From NCBI RefSeq assembly GCF_963921235.1, contig NC_086108.1:110238001-110302000 (forward strand): a DNA stretch of 64,000 nucleotides, given 5' to 3'. This document shows, piece by piece, positions 63,986 to 64,000 of this stretch (position 1 is the stretch's first letter; every line of letters starts with the position of its first letter). The position numbers and the translations under genes were made by a program. The DNA is from Mobula hypostoma. Lineage: Eukaryota. Under the pieces are notes generated by a model, which saw only the letters and a list, made by a program, of their open reading frames with translations, ran no database searches and had not been told where the DNA came from.

Positions 63986-64000
63986 TGTATACCTATCACC

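Noticed and set aside
1..64000. CRISPR arrays, operons, rRNA or prokaryotic defence systems
   Set aside because: No regularly spaced repeat-spacer array and no dense coding structure; the sequence is eukaryotic and transposon-derived

Overview
This is repeat-saturated vertebrate nuclear DNA. The repeat inventory (CR1/HER1-like LINEs, V-domain tRNA-SINEs, Rex1/Babar LINEs, Penelope-like elements) suggests a cartilaginous fish, probably a ray; this is an inference. No host protein-coding gene can be supported, so the window looks intronic or intergenic, and nearly every listed ORF is a transposon fragment or chance. Notable contents: (1) a Penelope-like (GIY-YIG) retroelement family whose 3' repeat carries a minimal type I hammerhead ribozyme, with more than 10 copies, several in inverted tail-to-tail insertions, and the shortest copies repeatedly breaking at the ribozyme's 5' edge; (2) a decayed GalEa-like Ty1/Copia LTR retrotransposon on the minus strand (about 55860-58655); (3) a 596-bp solo LTR with a 4-bp TSD; (4) three unrelated insertions within about 30 bp of one CR1 host; (5) a non-autonomous Harbinger with TIRs and a TTA TSD; (6) a near-full-length CR1; (7) non-autonomous RTE-like elements sharing a 3' tail with a tRNA-Thr-derived SINE; (8) a few unique islands holding a CTCF motif, an ETS/RUNX/CCAAT cluster and a possible UTR exon. 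Boundaries without a stated TSD are approximate, and family names come from motif recognition rather than database searches.
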